The translations under genes and the position numbers were made by a program. Below the pieces are notes generated by a model. It worked only from the letters and a program-made list of their open reading frames with translations. It was not told where the DNA came from and did no database searches. From Mobula birostris (lineage: Eukaryota): a stretch of DNA of 64,000 nucleotides. The stretch lies in the NCBI RefSeq assembly GCF_030028105.1, contig NC_092376.1, forward strand, positions 85,386,733 through 85,450,732, in the 5' to 3' direction. Within the stretch, counting starts at the first letter, position 1, and each line of letters opens with the position of its first letter. Positions 1-12,259 of this stretch are shown one piece after another.

Positions 1-1070
1 AAATTGCAGTGGGTCCAGGTCCTTGCTGATGCTGGAGTTGACTCTAGCCATAGCCAACCTCTCAAAACACTTCATCACCGTAGATGTGAGTGCTACCGGA
101 TGTTAGTTGTTAGCTTACCCCGCTCTTCTTGGGCCCCTGGTATAATTGTTGCCATTTTGAAGCAGGTGGGAACTTCCGACCGTAGCAACGAAAGATTGAA
201 AATGTCTTTGAACAACCATGCCCGCTGATTGGCACAAGTTTTGAGAGCCTTACCAGATACTCAATCAGGACTTGTCACCCTGCGACAGTTCACCTTCTTG
301 AGGGAGAGACTGAGGACGGTCTCTGAGACAGAGATCTCAGGGTCACTGGGTGCTGCAGGGATCCTCATAGCTGTAGTTTTATTCTCCTTTTTAAAGCCAG
401 CATAAAAGGTGTTGAGCTCATCTGGGAGCGAAGCATCACTGCCATTCGTGATGTTGGATTTCGCTTTGTACAAAGCAATGGCCTGAAAACCCTGCCAGAG
501 TTGACGTACACCTGACGTCACCTCTAACCTTTCCTGGAATTGTTTCTTGGTTCTTGAAATAGCCACCCACAAGTCATCCCTGGTTTTCTTGTGCTGACAT
601 GGGTTGCTATACTTGAATGCCACAGATCTAGCACTAAGCAGACTATGAACCTCCTGGATCATCCACAGCTTTTGATTTTTGGTATGTACAGTAAGTTCTC
701 GTAGGCACACATGCATCCACAAGGTTTTAATGAAGCCAGTGACAGCTGTGGTGTACTCATTCAGACTTGAAGATGAATTCCTGAATATAGTCCAGTCCAC
801 TGACTCAAAGCAGTTGTGTAAGTGGTCCTGTGCCTCCCTTGTCCATACCTTCTTGGTTCTCACCACTGGTGCTATGGTCTTCAGTCTCTGCCTATACTCA
901 GGGAATTGAAGTACAGCAGATGATCAGATTTTCCAAAGTGTGGGCGTGCAATAGCATGGTAAACATTCTTATAATAGTGGTGTAACTGTGGTCCAGTGTG
1001 TTTCCTCTGGTAGTACAAGTGATTTGTTAGCAATAATTATTTAAGGATATTTTTAAGCTGGATTGTTAAC
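1..1070 (-). mobile_element. Rex-Babar-like LINE ORF fragment (end of endonuclease, linker, start of RT), decayed; runs off the window's left edge
   Basis: Minus-strand ORF 261-866 (CFESVDW...RQLWQG...LPDELNTFY); upstream LDHSY...HFGKSDH endonuclease end; downstream RT N-terminal motifs with stops. Confidence 0.85.
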
Positions 1071-1130
1071 ATCCCCCCAAATGACAGGGAAGGCCTCAGG
1101 ATGTGCTGTCTTGTGCCTTTGATTACATTG

Positions 1131-1459
1131 GGGATGTTGGGGAAGTCCAGAACGAGGGGTCACGGTTTGAGGATAAAGGGGAAGCCTTTTAGGACCGAGA
1201 TGAGGAGAAACTTCTTCACACAGAGAGTGGTGAATCTGTGGAATTCTCTGCCACAGGAAACAGTTGAGGCCAGTTCATTGGCTATATTTAAGAGGGAGTT
1301 AGATACGGCCTTTGTGGCTATGGGGATCAGAGGGTATGGAGGGAAGGTTTGGTACAGGGTTCTGAGTTGGATGATCGACCATGATCATAATAAATGGCGG
1401 TGCAGGCTCGAAGGGCCGAATGGCCTACTCCTGCACCTATTTTCTATGTTTCTATGTTT
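1131..1459 (+). mobile_element. CR1 LINE 3' fragment (5'-truncated)
   Basis: Translates SRTRGHGLRIKGKPFRTEMRRNFFTQRVVNLWNSLP (CR1 ORF2 C-terminus); ends in TTTCTATG-type 8-mer tail at 1441-1459. Confidence 0.92.
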
Positions 1460-1807
1460 TACTCAATCATCTTTTTATTATAAAAGGGGGAAAATGAGCT
1501 GGAGGAAGGACTGAAGGTCAAAGAAAATTCAAAAAGAAAAGCAGAGAGATGAAAATGAGCCTATTTGGAGGTGCAGAAAGTAGAATGGCCTGTTGAGGTG
1601 GTAGTTGAATAAAGTGAAGGTGATAGCAATGGAAACATGGAAAGCTAGCAAAGCTCTTCAGAGTTATGTTTTTTTACTGTTATAATAAGCTTCAGTAAAT
1701 TGTAGTGCACCCTCCTATATTCATACAACACACTCGCATATGAGATGTTACTTATGCTGCACAAATGTCCAAATGTGAATTGAACAGCGTGAGCCTTGAC
1801 CACAGAA

Positions 1808-3152
1808 ATAGTCATAGTCATAGTCATACTTTATTGATCCCGGGGGAAACTGGTTTTCATTACAGTTGCACCATAAATAATAAATAGTAATAGAACCATG
1901 AATAGTTAAATAGTTAAATCCTCCACCATGTCCACACTGACCCCCTGGATGGAAACAGGGGTCACCGGTACCTTAGCTCTCCTCAGGTCTACCACCAGCT
2001 CCTTAGTCTTTTTCACATTAAGTTGCAGATAATTCTGCTCACACCATGTGACAAAGCTTCCTACCGTAGCCCTGTACTCAGCCTCATCTCCCTTGCTGAT
2101 GCATCCAACTATGGCAGAGTCATCCGAAAACTTCTGAAGATGACAAGACTCTGTGCAGTGGTTGAAGTCCGAGGTGTAAATGGTGAAGAGAAAGGGAGAC
2201 AAGACAGTCCCCTGTGGAGCCCCAGTGCTGCTGATCACTCTGTCGGACACACAGTGTTGCAAACACACGTACTGTGGTCTGCCATCGGGTAATCAAGAAT
2301 CCATGACACCAGGGAAGCATCCACCTGCATCGCTGTCAGCTTCTCCCCCAGTAAAGCAGGGCGGATGGTGTTGAACGCACTGGAGAAGACAAAAAACATG
2401 ACCCTCACAGTGCTCGCTGGCTTGTCCAGGTGGACGTAGACACGGTTCAGCAGGTAGATGATGGCATCCTCAACTCTTAGTCAGGGCTGGTAGGCGAACT
2501 GGAGGGGATCTAAGTGTGGCCTGACCATATGCCGGAGCAGCTCCTGAACAAGTCTCTCCAGGGTCTTCATGACGTGGGAGGTCAATGCCACCGGTCTGTA
2601 GTCATTGAGGCCGCTGGGGTGCGGCGTCTTCGGCACAGGGACGAAGCAGGACGTCTTCCACAGCACAGGAACCCTCCGGAGCCTCAGGCTCAGGTTGAAG
2701 ACATGGCGAAGTACTCCACATAGCTGAGGGGGACAGGCTTTGAGCACCCTGGTACTGACACTGTCCGGTCCTGCAGCCTTGCTTGGGTTGAGACGTTTCA
2801 ACTGTCTTCTCACCTGTTCAGCTGTGAAGCCCACCGTGGTGGTTTCGTGTGGGGGAGGAGTATAGTCGTGAGAGCAGGGTGGGAGACTGTGAGGAGGGGT
2901 AGGAGGGGAGAGTGGAATATGTGTTGGTTGGGGGCCGACAACAGATGGCTCATGTGGGGGATGGGCAGGGGTCAACAATGTCAAATCTGTTAAAGAACAG
3001 GTTAGGTTTGTTGGCCCTGTCCACACTACCTTCAGCTCCTCTGTTGCTAGTTTGTCGAAACCCAGTGATGGTCCTCATCCCCCTCCAGACCTCTCTCATA
3101 TTGTTCTGTTGGAGTTTCCACTCAAGCTTCCTCCTGTATCTGTCTTTAGCCT
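1808..3152 (-). mobile_element. Rex1/Babar-like LINE, 5'-truncated with internal deletion
   Basis: RT motifs KAAGPD, DYRPVALTS, GAPQGTVLSPFLF, KFSDD; AATAAA plus (CTATGA)n tail at 1808-1835; ORF jumps from VDMVED straight into 3' UTR at ~1918. Confidence 0.92.
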
Positions 3153-4029
3153 GAACACAGCTACTGTAGTGTTACAAGAAAGTCTGTCCCTCATGGGACA
3201 TTGCTGTTGTCTCCAGCACTGAAAGATCTTCCAGGACGGATCAGTCTTATCACATCATCAATCACCTCCCCTTCCTCATTGTTGAACTCTACAGTTCACC
3301 TTTGACCTCTGTGGCCCATCATGTCTTTTCTGTGCATTCCCCTCACTTTCTTGCTACACCTCTATTGTTTATATCTCTGGCTATTCTCTAGTATCTTCTC
3401 TACTAGTTACTTGAATATCTTTCCTACTCCCTGACCTCTTCTTCCTAGCTCTTTGATTTCCTGCCCTTTGCCCGAGCGGTTCATCACTCCTCTTGCACTG
3501 CTCCTGACTCATGCATTCTTCCTTCCTGATTATTATCAAACCCTACTCGCTTTTCCCAAAGTATTCCCTCCCATATCAACGCTCACCAATCCTGTCCCAA
3601 GTGATCTTCAGTTCAAACTGCTCTCTCCTGCAATTTTCTCCCGGCCATCTCCTCAGTCTAACTGAAGACTGGGTGAGGCAAAGCCTACTTCATGTGGTTA
3701 TTCTGTGAATCTGCAGGCAAAGCCCAGATTGATCCTTTCACAGCAGAATGTTAGACTTTTGCAGCTAAATGTTAGAACAGCTGAAAGAATTCTAGGTCAT
3801 TACTTTTGTACACAGTCTAATATGTGCAGTAAAACTTATAAACTGCCACTAATGGGGCATCAGTAGTGTTGGACCAGCAGAATTTCCAACACTGCTGAAG
3901 TTTTGATGTTGGTATATTTATGTTATTGTTGGTATATCAATGTTATTCCTTCTTAATGTACCAAAACACTATTGGTTTACATTTTTTTAAGATGTTACAG
4001 CACAGGATGATACATTTTCCAGAGATTCA

Positions 4030-4225
4030 TGTAAGTTTAAAGTAGCACAGGGAATACAATCCTGTGAGTTTAAAAGGAACATGGGAGTAGCCCTGGTTAG
4101 TTTAAGTGGGGTGGAGTGGGGGTATAGAAATGGATCACTGATGAGTTTAAGGAGCATGGGAATAGGCCCCTCATGACCTCATACGAAGTGTAGAAAAGAA
4201 TTTCTGTTGTGTTTAAAGGAGCTGA
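4030..4225. repeat. Degenerate ~32-bp minisatellite
   Basis: Recurring AGTTTAA...(C)ATGGGA units starting near 4035, 4067, 4099, 4144, 4210. Confidence 0.5.
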
Positions 4226-4559
4226 AGGATGGAGGCACATCAGCCAGATGCTGAACCACTAGGAATTCCAAGCAATGGAACAGCAGGCTAACAGACTTCT
4301 ATTTTAGCAGGTACATGTGGTAGAGGTCACATCGGTCAAGCAATGTGGTTTGGCTTCTTCTCATAAAAAAAGAATGAAATTAATTGTGCATCCATCAACT
4401 TGAAGAAATAAGAGATGGAACCCATTCTAAAGAGAACGGCTAGGATCTGAAATGGTAACCGATTTTCTCGGTTCAAGAGCATCGATCCTGCAGATTAGTG
4501 ATAAGGTGAAGAAATCAACAAGGACTAAGGTCATGCAGTTTATGAAGGTCCAGGATTCA

Positions 4560-5235
4560 CCACAAAGTTGAAAGTGCAGCAAATAAGAGGAACAACATCT
4601 TTCTAGGACAGATATAGAAGAAATAGTGCAAAAGGGATGTGGGTGGTTGTGAGTATAAGGAAACAGTCAACATGACAGAGATCACAAGAGTACAGGAATC
4701 TTGAGTAATGGTTTGGTCAAGTGATGGAGCTTGACCATGAATAAGAAATCTTGTGGGCAAAGTGGGTTAGGGAAGATGCAGTGACACAAATTCATGAGAG
4801 AAAAATCCAGGTACTGATATACAAATCTGAAAGTTATGAAATATTTGTCTTTAATTTCAGTGGCTGTATTCTATGCTATTCCTCTGCAGTCAATGGAATC
4901 TAAATTAGGAAGAACATAATCATTACCAGGGGGCATTTTTAATGTTGCTAACTGGAAAAGAATTAGAAAGAAATTAATTTCAGTGGTTGAGGGAGATAAC
5001 TGAAGCCAGTGAAGTGGAATTGAGTGGAATAGTTGGGAGAAACCAAGCTGTGATATGTTTTAAGCAGAAATTGTGATGTTTTAGATAGGTAATATATCCA
5101 GAATAGTTGACATTAGGGAAATTTGGGAAGAGGCCACCAAGGATCAAGGATTCAGTTGATGCCAAGGTAACAATACAATCATCGACAACAAGGTATCATG
5201 TCAATACCATACAAGGCAGAATGCAAAAGTCAATT
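4560..5235 (-). mobile_element. Ancient L2-like RT remnant
   Basis: Minus-strand translation LILGGLFPNFPNVNYS...TAWF resembles L2 LLILLDLSAAFDTVDH...ALAWF in order and spacing; very diverged. Confidence 0.4.
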
Positions 5236-5956
5236 TTAAGACATTATAGAGAGGGGAAGTGTCTATAATTGTACAGGTTCTGTAAGATTTGTGAAGTATA
5301 GATTTTTCAACTTAACTTTTTCTTTTCTGTAAACAGTAAGAAGTATACTATTGTCAACGATATCTGGGGAACTCTGGTAAAGTAGTGTGTTTGTTGGTCT
5401 CATTTACATCATATACTCAACAGTGAGTTTTGTATGCACTTAGGCAATAAGCTGAGACCTGATGTTCAGAAATCAATCTACACCATGGCCATATGAAGTG
5501 ATTGAGTAAGTTACCATTATATAAAATCAGACACAAGGTGAAGGCAGTCTCTAGTTTATTGAATAGTGCCTCATGGTAAAATGATCACCATGCTGCCCAC
5601 ACTGTTTGCTGCCTTTTTTTTGTGCTGATTGTCTACTCACTTGTGAGGCACCTAATGGGTGACAAAATATATACGTAGCACAATATTTTTGCTTTTATTA
5701 ACATACATTAACGAAATCTAAAAAATATTGACTATTCCAATGATTTTCTTTCCCAAGCCTAACGCAGCCAAGAAATGACCAAGTGAAGGAGCATACAAAA
5801 TACTGTGAGGGAAGGGAAGATATGCTTTAGTTGATCAGCCTAGACACCTGCTACATTCAGATTAAAAAAAGAGAACCTATTCATCTAATTTATTGTCTGA
5901 CAAGAAGAATCCTAATCTAGGTAGCACATATTAATTTGAAGTATCAGAAAAATAAC

Positions 5957-6505
5957 TGTAACCCTCAGGTTCGGCCAGCACGTGTTTGTCTAGGGGAGAC
6001 GGCCTCTGGACCAGCCAAACTGAGAAATCTCGTTTGTGTGGATGCTGTGTGATGTGTTGACTGGTTACAAGTCCATACCGCAAAATATCAGACAGTACAC
6101 CATATGTATTTAGATGATTCTTCATTTGACTATAGGGTTAGTAAAGAAAACAGAAAGAAAAAGGGCCCATTTTAATGAAACAGTTTAATGTGCACTTTGG
6201 AGCTCACGTTTCATCCATTCATTCCCCATCGATATCCTTTGAATATTGTCAACTCCTAGACCCTCACTCCAAGTCCACTCCATCCTGCGGCCTACTAATT
6301 CTCTCTCCACTCGCGTCTTCTCTCTTCAACTCTCACCGACAAAAAATCGTGAAATCCCTTCTCTCGGGCACATAAGAAAGAAAAACTCCTCCCATCATTG
6401 CCCAGAGCACATTCCAAAGCCCCCTTTATCTCTAGTCATAACCCAAACACTGCAACTACAGAGAAACCATTACATTAGCAGTGAACCCTTTCCCAGAGCA
6501 TTACA
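5957..6505. mobile_element. Solo LTR (549 bp)
   Basis: Begins TGTAA, ends TTACA (5-bp terminal inverted repeat); flanked by TAAC/TAAG near-TSD; CpG-richer than flanks; no internal coding sequence. Confidence 0.7.
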
Positions 6506-6979
6506 TAAGTGAATTATCTTAATCATTTCAGTCAATGTATGTATTATTTCTGTTATGAAACTACTTTGACCAACTTGATTTCATTCACTGAACTGTGTAA
6601 AAAGGCTTGGGTTTGAATGTGTGTCTTGCTTAGCTTTTAAGTTTTGAGTCTTTAGATGCAGGCCACTTTAAGTTGTAATGTTACATATGTGTGCAATGTA
6701 ACATCGACAGTGATGTTGAGAGAAATAAACAGGGGCATCTGTCTTTGTGAATGAATGTCTGGAATGAATGGTAGTCTAGCCCAATAGTTCCTGTGGCAGA
6801 GAATCAAAGACTGGGCTTGTGGAAAATATTTTGAAGTCAGGAAGAACGTAAATAATTTTGCCAGGAAATACTGATTTACAGTTTATGTGCTGTATACAGA
6901 ACATTTGAGAACCATGGGAAATATTTTATTTATTAAAAATCTGAGGCATTCAAATTGCCAAATATCTCATGCAGCAGTA

Positions 6980-7420
6980 GTGCAGATGCAAGAAATCTGA
7001 AATTTAAAAAAACAAGTAAGTCCACATTATGATTTGATTGCATTTCATCAGAGCAAGGAGAGTTGGAATTAAAACATGCTTAAATTTTCCAGGAACTGAT
7101 TGGGTGGTGGTGGAGACAGGTGGAAAACAAGAGGGAAGTGTGTGGTAGGTTGAGGGCAGAAGAGATTGAGTGACAATGTGAAGGGGGTGCAAGTGGTAAA
7201 TGGATGGTAAAGACCAACAAATAAGAGAAGAAAGTAGGGAGTGGAAAACAGAAAATAGACAACAAATGTAAGCTGACTTTACATGAAAGGAGATATAAAG
7301 AAAAACTAAGCTGGACGTTAAAAATGTGGAAATTATCACTGGAATGGTCAGTTCTCTGAATTTGTTGAATTTGTTACTTGAAAAGGTATAATTTGCCAAG
7401 CTGAAAGAGAAGTGCATGAA
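6980..7420 (-). mobile_element. Degenerate Penelope-like 3' end / pseudo-LTR
   Basis: GCAGATGC..AAATCTGAAA terminus, TTTCATCAG (CTGATGA on minus), purine-rich tract, and FNKFR-type ORF end, as in the other Penelope copies here. Confidence 0.55.
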
Positions 7421-7467
7421 TCTCAGTAGGATGGAGGATTAAGGAGACATGTACTAAAAGCTCAAGA

Positions 7468-7700
7468 AAATAAAAAAATGCATATGCAGGTAATCTGAAA
7501 TTTTAAAAATGAATAAAAGTGCTTAAACGCTCAACGGGTCAAGGAGTATCTATGGGAAGTGAAGTAAATTCAAAGTTTTAGGTCAGAGATATTCCTTTGT
7601 TTTGACAAAGAGTTTTGAATATGAAACATTAACTCTGTTTCTCATTCCACATATGCTCTCTCACCAACTGAGTGCTTCCAGCATTTTCTCTTTTCACTAC
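7468..7700. mobile_element. Palindromic Penelope pseudo-LTR-derived miniature element, degenerate
   Basis: Left arm resembles the pLTR end on minus; right arm (GAAACATTAACTCTGTTTCTC...TCCAGCATTTTCT) resembles it on plus. Confidence 0.55.
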
Positions 7701-8039
7701 TGAAAGATAATTGTCTTCTGTCATCCTATCTGCGTTGCGTTTTGACCACTGAATGCAGTAATTCCAAACTAGAAAAAGTAACTTGCTGCTTTGTTTCCTG
7801 GCAGGATGCAAGTGTATAGGGAAAAGGACAAATGTTACATCCTTTCTGGTTGTGATTGAAAATGTCATGAAAAGGCAAGTAGATGATGGAGAGTAGAGCC
7901 AACGCATCTTGGGGTGAGAGGGGAGCAGTTCCTTTGGAATACTGAAAGAAGATGCAATGCAATACAAGGCCAAATTAATGTTCAGCTAATGCCCAGAGCC
8001 GTGCATTATGAGGAACTATTAGTCAGGGTAGATTAATTC

Positions 8040-8345
8040 AGAAGAGTGAGAGGGCAATTGAAATATACCAGATCCTCAGGAGTTGTGACAAGGTGTATAT
8101 GGAGAAAACGTTTCCTCTCAAGGGAGAACCTAAAACTAGTGGGCATTGTTTAATACAAGGCAGATAAGGAGAATATTTTCTACAAAGGATGCAATCTTTG
8201 AATCAGAAGTTTGTATTTTTAATGAGGAAGGTGACGAAAGATCAGCCCAGGCACTGTAGAGCTAAGGTGACAACAGATCAACGATGAGCTAGTGAATGAT
8301 TGAGTAGGTTTGAGGTGACAAGTACCATAAGCCTGCTCCTCATTC
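8040..8345 (+). mobile_element. Very old CR1 3' fragment
   Basis: Remnants of the FPL.GE..TRGH coding end and a CCTGCTCCT 3' motif. Confidence 0.55.
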
Positions 8346-9853
8346 ATATGCTAGGAAATGGGTGGTGGATTGAAGCTGCGTCTCTACCTGTAATGATTGC
8401 TGCTCGGTGTAAAGGGAAGGAGAGGATCTGAGTGCCTTGAGATTCTACAACTGAAATTGAAGAAATCAAGTTGGTACATTGGAAGGAACACATAACATCC
8501 AAAAAATAAGACCACACTTTCCGTAGCAAGGACAACATATGTCAGTGTCTGCAAATCCAGCATTAGACTCCCAGAACTCCAGAAGTGGATAGAGGTAACT
8601 TAATCTCGATACAAAGCATTGGTCGATAAGAAATATGGAAAGAAATTACTAATGAATAAACTGGTGGTATTCACTGATTCTGATTTTGATATATTTCAAT
8701 GATGGAATAATATTGCTTGTGTTTAACATTACGTAATGTAGCCTACACCTCCTGAAGGAAGGGAGTATTGTGCCGGCCAGGAGTGCTGAGAGTGTATTTT
8801 TGCAAATTGAATCCAGCGTGTGACATTTGGAGCAACAGCCAATTATGTCAGGAGCAAATAACAGGATTTGCAGACCATTTCGGTGCATTGTGAGGATTAG
8901 TGAGCATTAGGATGACAACACATGACTAACTTGCACGTGCTGATTGCAGTGGAGGCCAATTTCATGTCGTCTGCTACAATCAAACAGCAATAATCCAGCA
9001 CACGCAGTATTCTGAAAGTAATAGGCGAGCAGATTTTTTGGTATACCGTATTCCCCACATACTATTGTTTTTTTTTAAACATACAAATCTAAAAAAAACA
9101 GAGCTGTGGTTAATTTATGAAGGACAATGTGGCAGGAACTAGAACCCAATGAGATGAAACATATAAACACTCTGAAACACAACTTTGCCATTCCCCGGTG
9201 TTTCAACCCTGTCCTGCCACTCTCCAGACCCTCAGCTCGTACTCCTGACCAATAAGTCAGACGCTGAACCATCAGGGTTTCTGAACAACTGGATATCAGA
9301 TTATCAGTATTTTATTGTAACTCCTAGGATTTAATCCTCCAACCAGTGGAAAAATCAACAGAAGAAAGCAGGCATTAAAGTTTTAGGATGTTTTCTTGCA
9401 GATCTTGATGGAAAAGATGGAAATGTACCTGGTATTCTCAGAGCAGAGTTGCACTGAGTATACGACGTAGGTAAGCAGGCAGAAGTTTGCCTTGTACATA
9501 GGCAGAAAGGAAGTGGTAAAGGCCAAATCCCAAGGTTTTAATTTTAAGGATTTGTATCCAGCGCAGGAAGAGATTTTATAATTATGCAAATTCTTAATAA
9601 ATTTATCATTAGATATCATATCCTATGAACTGCAACACAAGCCTGTTCACTGCACATCCAGCAACTAGCAATCTGCAATTCTAGCTCAGGAATTTAGTAC
9701 TATTGCAAACCTATATGTATAAACGATTCACCCAGAGCCCAAATATATTTCAAGGTAATGACTGACAGTTACCTCTTCCTTGAAGAAAGTGCTACACAGC
9801 AAGAAACAGTGGAAATTAAAGGGCCGGAAGAGTCATGTTTGGCTGTAGGTGAC

Positions 9854-10745
9854 ATAAGACCATAAGACACAGGAGCAGATTTATGCCATTTGGCTCACTG
9901 AGTCTGCTCCGCCATTCCATCATGGCTAATTTATTATCCATCTCAATCTCATTCTCCTACCTTCTCCCCGTAACCTCTGATGCCTTTACAAATCAAGAAT
10001 CTATCAACTTCTGCTTTAAATATACTCCACAGCTGACTGCGGCAATAAATTCCACAGATTCACCACCTTTTGTTGAAAGAAATACCTCCTCATCTCTGTT
10101 CTAAAGGGATATCATTTTATTCTGAGATGGTGCCCTCTGGGCCTAGACTCCCCAACTATCAGAAACATCCACTCTGTCTAGGCCTTTCAATATTCAATAG
10201 TTTCCAATGAGAACCCCTCTCATCCTTCTAAACTACTGTGAGTACTGTTCCAGAACCCATAAACACACTGTATACACCTGATCCCTTTCCAGTGCCAGCA
10301 TATTCCTTCTTAGACAGGGAACCAAAACTACCTACAATACTTCAAGTGCTGTCTGACCAATGTCTCACAAGGTCTCAGCATTACATTCATGCTTTCAAAT
10401 TCTAACCCTCTTGAAATGAATGCTAATGTTTCCTTCCTTATCACTAACTCAATCTGTAAGTTATCCTTTAGAGAATCTTGCACAATCACTTAGAAGTCCC
10501 TTTGCACCTCTGATTTCTGAATTTTCGCCCCATTTAGAAGATAGTCTATGCCTTTATTCCTTCTACCAAAGTGCATGACCATACACTTCCCTGCACTGTA
10601 TTCCATCTACCACTTTTTTGCCCATTTACCTAATCTGTCTAGGCCTTACTGTAGATACCCCGCTTCTTGAACACTACCTGCCCATCAACCTACCTTTGGA
10701 TCATCTGCAAATTTGGTCACAGTTATCAATTCCATCTGTTACAGA
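9854..10745 (-). mobile_element. CR1 LINE 3' fragment, decayed
   Basis: CATAAGACCATAAGAC tail at left; antisense of KFADD (10700-10715) and CR1 C-terminal motifs. Confidence 0.88.
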
Positions 10746-12259
10746 AAGGAGCCCACCGTAGGTTGCAACCAGCAGAGAAGGCAAAAGTAATTAAAATGAG
10801 GATGCACAAATATCTAACTGTCCTACTTTCTTCCCACTTTTTCCTCTCATGCCATTTTTTACAATTTGTGCCTGGAGTGAGCGTGCAGTCCTCACTTTCT
10901 CCCATACTCATCACAACCAAACTCTGGTCGTTTTAATTTCAAATAGTCAAAAATGGAAAGGTACACTCATGAAGGAGAAAGGTGAAGGAGAAAAGGGAAT
11001 CTTTTCGTGTTTAAACATCAGGCCTATTAGTCCAGTGAGAAAGGATATGGCAGTTTGTGCTTCCTTGGAGGGTTCTCCACTAGCTCTTCTGTTGAAGAGT
11101 AAGAAGAGGCTTTGATGGACTGGATGACAAAAATAACTTGAGTATTTAGTGTGCCTGAAAGCCTGTTGGGGATCTTGTATTTAGTCTCAAACTTTATGAG
11201 GTATCAATCGGTATAGAGTTCTGGGCAGATCTTGGGTCCATCTTTTCCACAATGGAATTGGTATCCATCTATACCTGCACCCACCTGCCTCGATCGCAGA
11301 GCAAGTGGCAGAAATCAGGCATCTGTATTCTGCAGTGGAAGCTCACAGTTTTCTAATATCAAAACTCGGACTACTGTCATCCAGTTGCACAGCAGGTACA
11401 AGATCAGGATCTCTCAGCTACAATATAGAAAAGAGGGACAAATGGAATGCACAGGGTGACTCTAGTTATTTAAAAAGGCTGAATAGAATAATTTTATTAA
11501 TGCTTTTGAAATGGCATATGATTTTTTATTAACTCTTACTTTTACATTGGGAGAAGAAAGGAGAAGTCAATCTTGGAGCTGAAGGAGGATCAAGTAGTGA
11601 GTGCCTGTTGTTGCATGGGGCACTGTAGTTAAGGTCAGTGTCACACTCATGGATGTTTTGTTAAACTACAAACTGAACAGAAAGAGGTAGGCCATAAGTC
11701 GGGTTTCCTGTCTTCCTCTTCTTTATCTGCATTCCCCATCTTCATCTTCTTTTCCTTGTGTGTCTATCAGTGACCTCAAGGGATATTATTATAAATCTTA
11801 AATATACAGAGCCCAATCAACTGAATACTAAAGATCCCTCTCATGTGGTACAAGTACCGAACATTTTGTTTTGGGACATGTATAAGTTTCTCTGGAACAT
11901 CATATTTTAATGTGTGTCTGCCAACTTGACTCTGAATCAAAGTCAAGAAACACATCAAGAGAGAATAAACCCTGTTGACCCCTCACTTCGCTTTGGTTTA
12001 TTGTGATATAGCTGGTAGGATTGTCAAGGAATAAACAAACTGTGATGCTGCCAGGAGACTACGAATTGGCCTGAATGATGCTATACACTTCAGAGTCATA
12101 TATAAAAGAACAGAATTCTTGTTGGCTTTGATACATGACTGAGTACAGATGAGACACATGCAAAAGAATATGTCTGCAATTGCTAACACAGTGCCCCAGA
12201 GCGTGCAGACAATTCATGCAAATCCTGTGCTGGCTTCACTTCACTGTTTTTGGCAAGAT

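Noticed and set aside
9150-9320. Tigger/pogo-like MITE end (…GATTATCAGTATTTTATTGTA)
   Set aside because: Only one degenerate terminus seen and no matching partner TIR.
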